DNA of 64,000 nucleotides from Vicinamibacterales bacterium (GTDB lineage Bacteria; Acidobacteriota; Vicinamibacteria; Vicinamibacterales; UBA8438): NCBI GenBank assembly GCA_965263055.1, contig OZ253581.1, positions 204,337 to 268,336 of the forward strand, read 5' to 3'. Shown piece by piece: positions 62,134 to 64,000 of this stretch (position 1 is its first letter; each line of letters starts with the position of its first letter). The notes under the pieces were generated by a model. It saw only the letters and a program-made list of their open reading frames with translations, ran no database searches and was not told where the DNA came from. The position numbers and the translations under genes were made by a program.

Positions 62134-63438
62134 CTACGTCGACCGTCCCCGCGCCGCGATCGGCCAGATCGCCTCGGCCCGCCCGTTCCTCACCGCGTAC
62201 ATCTGGTCGTACAGATTCACGACCGGATCGCAGTGCGACACGATCAGCTCCAGCTTCTCCCCCGCCCGGTAGGTCCGGCTGGCGTTCGCCTCGTACCGGA
62301 GGGTCCCGAACTCGTCCGAACCGGAGCTGTAGCTCATTCCGGTCTCGCCCTTGACGATCGCCCAGGGCCGATTGATCGTGCAGGCCTTCGCTCCGGCGTC
62401 GGTCGTCGCCCGCCCCTCGTACTGCGCGTTCACGACGGTCGCCAGAATCGTCAGCGCCGGCTGAAAGTCGCGGTAGACCTCCGGGTCGTCCGCACCCCCG
62501 ATCTCGATGTACTGGGCGTCCATGAAGACGTAGCTTCCAACCTGAACATCGGTGAGTCCGGGCGTCTCGTGATCGATGTTGTACGTCCCGGTCCCCCCGC
62601 CGCTGAAGATCTCCGTGTTCAGTCCGGACCGTTCCATCCGCTCTCGCGTGTCACCCGCCGCCGCGGTCCGCTCGAGCGTCTGCGCCTGCCGCGTCTCGAA
62701 GCCCTTCACATGCTGCGATCCCCCGTCGTAGCAGAGGATTCCGCGGAGCCGCAGACTGGGCAGGCGGTCCACCAGTTGCGCGAGCTCCAGCGCCGGCGCG
62801 CCGGGCGTGATGCCGGTCCGGTGGCCGCCCGGATCGATGTCCACGACGACGTCCGCCTCGATACCCAGCGCGGCGGCCGCCCCCGAGAGATCGCGTGCAT
62901 TCTCGGCCGTATCGGTTGCCTGAATGAACGTCGGGCACTGCCGGCGCAGATGCATCGCCCGGTTGATCTTGAACGGCGTGACGTTGATCGTCGTCATGAG
63001 GATCTCTTCGATGCCGTGATCGAAGAGCGCCTGCGCTTCGCCCACCTTGGCGACGCAGATCCCGACCGAGCCGGTCTCGATCTGCCGCCGCGCGATCGCC
63101 GGCGTCTTGTGCGTCTTCGCATGCGGCCGGCTGGCAATGCCGTTCGCGCGGACCGTCCGCTGCATCTGCGCGATGTTCGCCTCCATCGCGTCGAGATCGA
63201 CGACGAGGGCCGGCGTGTCGAGCTCCTCGACCGCGACACCCAGGTCGTGCGGTGCTCCCTGCTCGGCCGCGGCCGCAGCGCGCACCGCCATCTCGGCCGC
63301 GGTGTAACCCTTGACGGGTGACGGAATCCAGACCGCGGCGGCGCCTGCGCCGGCGGCGGACGCCTGCAGAAAGCGCCGCCGGGAGAGAGGCGCGCGCTGG
63401 GACGAAGACGGCTTCTTGACGGTGATCGGTGCTGTCAT
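62134..63438 (-). CDS. DSD1/D-threonine aldolase-family PLP enzyme with Tat signal
   Basis: SRRRFL; LDTPALVVD, RPHAKTHK, SGGGTGT, QVGSYVFMD, SHCDPVVNLYD. Confidence 0.88.
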   Translation of the reverse strand: MTAPITVKKPSSSQRAPLSRRRFLQASAAGAGAAAVWIPSPVKGYTAAEMAVRAAAAAEQGAPHDLGVAVEELDTPALVVDLDAMEANIAQMQRTVRANGIASRPHAKTHKTPAIARRQIETGSVGICVAKVGEAQALFDHGIEEILMTTINVTPFKINRAMHLRRQCPTFIQATDTAENARDLSGAAAALGIEADVVVDIDPGGHRTGITPGAPALELAQLVDRLPSLRLRGILCYDGGSQHVKGFETRQAQTLERTAAAGDTRERMERSGLNTEIFSGGGTGTYNIDHETPGLTDVQVGSYVFMDAQYIEIGGADDPEVYRDFQPALTILATVVNAQYEGRATTDAGAKACTINRPWAIVKGETGMSYSSGSDEFGTLRYEANASRTYRAGEKLELIVSHCDPVVNLYDQMYAVRNGRAEAIWPIAARGRST

Positions 63439-63491
63439 GGGGCTCTTGTACCCCAAGTCGCGCCGGTTCGCCAACCGCGCCGGATGTTGGT

Positions 63492-64000
63492 CTACATCGG
63501 CACGTGCGGCATCGCCAAGTGAATCAGGAGCGCGGTCACCAGCAGGACCAGGATGCCAACCGCCAGTTCGGCGCGGATTGTCCGGAGCAGCCCGTAGGTG
63601 CCGAATGCATTGCCAAGTCGCGGCGTCAACCAGCGCCAGTTCCGGAGGCCGAGGACGCCGGTCAGCAGGAACAATCCCAACTTGGCCAGCAACACCTGGC
63701 CGTAGCGGGTGGTCCACATCTGATCGACTGTCTCCAGATGGAAGACGGCCGTGACGAGACCGGAGAGTGCCACCGCAGTCACCGCCACGATCGCCAGAGG
63801 CGAGAAGCTCCGAACCAGCCGCGCGACGCGCCCGTGCCCCCCCAACCCCCGGATCAGTCTCGGCGTCGCTACCATGATCGCCGCGAGCGTGCCGATCCAG
63901 AGGCCGGCCGCCAGCCCATGCAACGCCTGCACCACCCAGGGGAGCGACGAGCCGAAGCTCATCGCATGCCCGGTCATCGGCAACGTCATCCAGCCGGCGA
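63492..64000 (-). CDS. CopD-family copper resistance protein, 5' end outside window
   Basis: GHA..LHGLAAGLWIG..FS..SGL..TRYGQVLLAKL..RAEL. Confidence 0.8.
   Translation of the reverse strand, partial: AGWMTLPMTGHAMSFGSSLPWVVQALHGLAAGLWIGTLAAIMVATPRLIRGLGGHGRVARLVRSFSPLAIVAVTAVALSGLVTAVFHLETVDQMWTTRYGQVLLAKLGLFLLTGVLGLRNWRWLTPRLGNAFGTYGLLRTIRAELAVGILVLLVTALLIHLAMPHVPM

Overview
GC-rich bacterial window. Gene content resembles Acidobacteriota (Vicinamibacteria-like) host-associated or sponge-symbiont genomes; this is inferred from gene families, not verified. Positions 1-52.6 kb form a decaying accessory region downstream of a minus-strand tRNA-Leu(TAA). It holds a PHP+ABC-ATPase (Ppl-like) gene paired with a Schlafen/AlbA_2 gene, and nested or broken IS elements (IS110 split by IS21, IS6, IS1634, IS3/IS30 scraps, IS1380 with an ORF-less group II intron in its terminal IR, IS630). 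It also holds several deletion-fusion pseudogenes, a lone P4-like integrase, and a ~13 kb LRR/cadherin/FN3/Calx-beta autotransporter-like adhesin. Positions 52.7-64 kb are core-like genes (YyaL, pheA, YihY, liuB/liuD, ferredoxin, DSD1-family enzyme, CopD). The standout is 47099-48240. A Cre-like tyrosine recombinase gene lies inside two perfect 34-bp loxP-geometry sites (13+8+13) whose spacers are reverse complements, together with an outward-facing sigma70-like promoter. This segment sits between the divergently transcribed giant adhesin and a hybrid kinase-response regulator, and is a candidate self-inverting Cre/lox-type phase-variation switch.
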